In this document: one piece after another, positions 1 through 49,689 of the stretch
How positions within the stretch are numbered: the stretch's first letter is position 1
How the letters are laid out: every line of letters starts with the position of its first letter
Assembly: GCF_001194135.2 (NCBI RefSeq)
Contig: NC_069003.1
Span: forward strand, 34,104,907 to 34,154,595
From: Octopus bimaculoides
Taxonomy: Eukaryota
Reading direction: 5' to 3'
DNA: 49,689 nt
Notes under the pieces: generated by a model
Told to the model about the DNA's origin: nothing
What the model saw: only the letters and a program-made list of their open reading frames with translations
Database searches by the model: none
Made by a program: the position numbers and the translations under genes

Positions 1-430
1 ACATCTTAATTTTTGTTTTCTTTTAAATTTCTATTCAAATGATTTGAGTTTCTTTCAGAAAAGGCACGAGTGCCACAGATCTTCCCACCCAATTCCTTGC
101 TGAAATAAATAACCTCCCTTGCCCCCCCCCCCCCAGTTCGGGTGGGGAAGGTTATTTATACCCAGTTTATTTCTCAACTCATCTCTACCACAATCATTCA
201 GACACTCTACCATTACACATCCAACAGATCAAACTCATTTCACTCATTTCTCCAATCTTCGCAATTCCTCAACATCCAATGCAAACATCTCACTATCAAG
301 CAACATCATACTTTGTATACAACCAACATCCAATCTACACTTTCCTTAAAGAGGGGATCTTCTTTGTTCCTAGAAGAGGTAATAACACACTGAATAGCAA
401 ACTTTGTTCCAAGATGAGGTAGTAACTCAC

Positions 431-500
431 TGATGATTGAGGAATTAATTCAAAGCAATTTGAATAAATAACGATTGCATTTGATTGAGTAATTTTAATG
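431..500 (-). CDS. Possible next module 2 exon (IKITQSNAIVIYSNCFELIPQSS)
   Basis: CTCTTTAG acceptor, TCA|GTGAGT donor, 70 nt phase 2 to 0 like module 1 exon 15314-15386; no recognisable motif. Confidence 0.25.
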
Positions 501-808
501 CTAAAGAGTTAAAGACAAATTTGACCAAAGTTGACTTTATATATGACAGCGAAATGTCAAATATTTGAGACCGGGTCAAAAGAAATAGAACTAAAAAGAA
601 AAAAGACAATATTGGAGCTTGTATGGCATCACTAGATCTGCAAGAAGTAGCAATCAACTTCCATTCACATCCCACCCTGTCATCTTATATAAAAGAAAAT
701 ATGGAAAGATGGCATGGATGTTTCTGAAAGATTTTTGATCAGAAGTCTGGTCAGTGAGGGTTAATGCGGGACAAGACAACGAGAGAGAGAGAGATGTGAG
801 GAGCTTAC

Positions 809-47580
<46,772 letters not shown>

Positions 47581-47730
47581 TTCGTAAATGATTCTTGTGT
47601 TCTGTTTAACGTGGTTTTGTTTTTAAATAAAAGCAGACGACAATTGTAGGACGTCGAGATCTGAAGTAATTAGAAGCCACCGAGGTTTTTGCTCTGATGT
47701 TTCTGTGATGTTTGTATATGTAGATGTATA

Positions 47731-47764
<34 letters not shown>

Positions 47765-48781
47765 TAGGGGAGAAAGAAGACAGACAGTGAAAGATAACGG
47801 TAGAGAAAGAAAATTTGTGAGGTAGTTGTAGAGAAACGGTGGGTGAGGAGTTGTGTGTGTGTGTGTATGTGTGTGTATGTGTAAGGGAGAGAGATAGAGA
47901 GAGCATGTGAAAGTTGACCGTAGAGAAGGAGTGGGGGTAAGATGTGGTGGTTGTGTGTGTGTGTGTGAAGGAGTGAGAGAGAAAGAATGAAAGAAAGTGA
48001 GAATATGTTCTTGTGTGAAAAAGAGAAAGAGAACAGAGAATGTAAAAGTTAGACCGGAGAAAGAGAGACAGTATTCTGTGAGAGAGAGAAAGAGGACAGA
48101 GACAGTAAAAGTTTGCCAAAGAGAGAGAGATATAGTGTGTGTGTGTGTGTGTGTGTTGGATGTGTCGAAGACGGAGAAAAAGTTTAGATAAAATTGCGAA
48201 ATGGGGGGGAGGCGAGGAACAGATACAACAAAGGGAAATTCGGGACGAGATTAAGANNNNNNNNNNNNNNNNNNNNNNNNNNNNNNNNNNNNNNNNNNNN
48301 NNNNNNNNNNNNNNNNNNNNNNNNNNNNNNNNNNNNNNNNNNNNNNNNNNNNNNNNNNNNNNNNNNNNNNNNNNNNNNNNNNNNNNNNNNNNNNNNNNNN
48401 NNNNNNNNNNNNNNNNNNNNNNNNNNNNNNNNNNNNNNNNNNNNNNNNNNNNNNNNNNNNNNNNNNNNNNNNNNNNNNNNNNNNNNNNNNNNNNNNNNNN
48501 NNNNNNNNNNNNNNNNNNNNNNNNNNNNNNNNNNNNNNNNNNNNNNNNNNNNNNNNNNNNNNNNNNNNNNNNNNNNNNNNNNNNNNNNNNNNNNNNNNNN
48601 NNNNNNNNNNNNNNNNNNNNNNNNNNNNNNNNNNNNNNNNNNNNNNNNNNNNNNNNNNNNNNNNNNNNNNNNNNNNNNNNNNNNNNNNNNNNNNNNNNNN
48701 NNNNNNNNNNNNNNNNNNNNNNNNNNNNNNNNNNNNNNNNNNNNNNNNNNNNNNNNNNNNNNNNNNNNNNNNNNNNNNNNN

Positions 48782-48782
48782 G

Positions 48783-48827
<45 letters not shown>

Positions 48828-48918
48828 GTAGGTAGGTAGGTAGGTAGGTAGGTAGATAGATAGATAGATAGATAGATAGGTAAATGGATAGATAGTTGGA
48901 TAGATAGGTAGATAGATG

Positions 48919-48975
<57 letters not shown>

Positions 48976-48990
48976 GTAGATAGATAGATA
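48782..48990. repeat. (GATA)n/(GGTA)n microsatellite
   Basis: Direct reading. Confidence 0.95.
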
Positions 48991-49454
48991 GAACGTCTTA
49001 GAATGTCTTAGAATGGTAAAGAAATTCGTGTGGCCAGATTACAGAATGTGCGTGTGTCTGTCTGAGCTGGGACAACGTGCATTTTAATAAAATAGAATTT
49101 AAAAGGAACTAAATGGGGACAAGTACAACAACAACGACAGAATTTGATTGGACGTGAAGGTCAGAACGTCTTTACCGCAAGTTGCTTTCATCTGTGACGT
49201 AAAGGAGAATACTAACCCGGAAGGAAGAGAGAGAGGAAAGCAGAGAGATGACGGTGTGGCTGTGTGGCTAAATGGAACAATAACGGAATAGAGGGCATTA
49301 GAACGTTCGGACAGAGAGACGACACAAAGGCGGACAAGAGAAACGACAGTTAGAAGGACAGGCAAAAAAAAAAAAAAGGGTTATTTTTAGCTTTCTTTCA
49401 TCAGTCAAGTCCCAGGAATCACGACCATTTCGGACAGTTACACTTGAGATGGTT

Positions 49455-49667
49455 CGGTCGGTGAGCTGGCAGAATGGTCAGCACGCCGGGCAAAATGCTT
49501 AGCGGTATTTCGTCTGTCGCTACGTTCAGAGTTCAAATTCCACCGAGGTCGACTTTTGCCTTTCATCCTTTCTGGGTCGATAAATTAAGTACCAATTGCG
49601 TACTGGGGTCAATCTAATCGAGTGACCCTGTCCCCCAAAATTTCGGGCCTTGTGCCTAGAGTAGAAA
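49455..49667 (+). mobile_element. Third SINE family; other copies at about 16640-16860, 17806-17980, 18380-18540, 44955-45150
   Basis: GAGCTGGCAGAAT..GAGTTCAAATTCC..CTTTCATCCTTTC..AAGTACCA shared among copies. Confidence 0.8.
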
Positions 49668-49689
49668 TATATATATATATATATATATA

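Overview
AT-rich, microsatellite- and SINE-laden eukaryotic genomic DNA with nine N-gaps. The repeat families look like an octopus/cephalopod draft assembly (inference). Hand-splicing the minus strand gives 38 GT-AG exons from 47580 down to 809, joining in one open frame of about 1,690 codons; one more exon probably lies in the gap at 6070-6539 and the C-terminus is unresolved. The product is a type II membrane protein with TWO complete M1 zinc-aminopeptidase modules in tandem. The membrane-proximal module keeps HEXXH-18-E but has AGMEN and no catalytic Tyr. The distal module is canonical (GAMEN, HELAH, NEGFA, DDISY). A two-exon SPO16/C1orf146-like meiotic XPF/ERCC1-fold gene is nested antisense in an intron. 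Introns also hold a tRNA-headed SINE whose tail folds as a minimal Penelope-type hammerhead ribozyme, plus hAT (Buster/Charlie), Tc1/mariner, R4/Dong, RTE-like and BEL/Pao remnants. All family calls are from motif recognition by eye; no database search was run.
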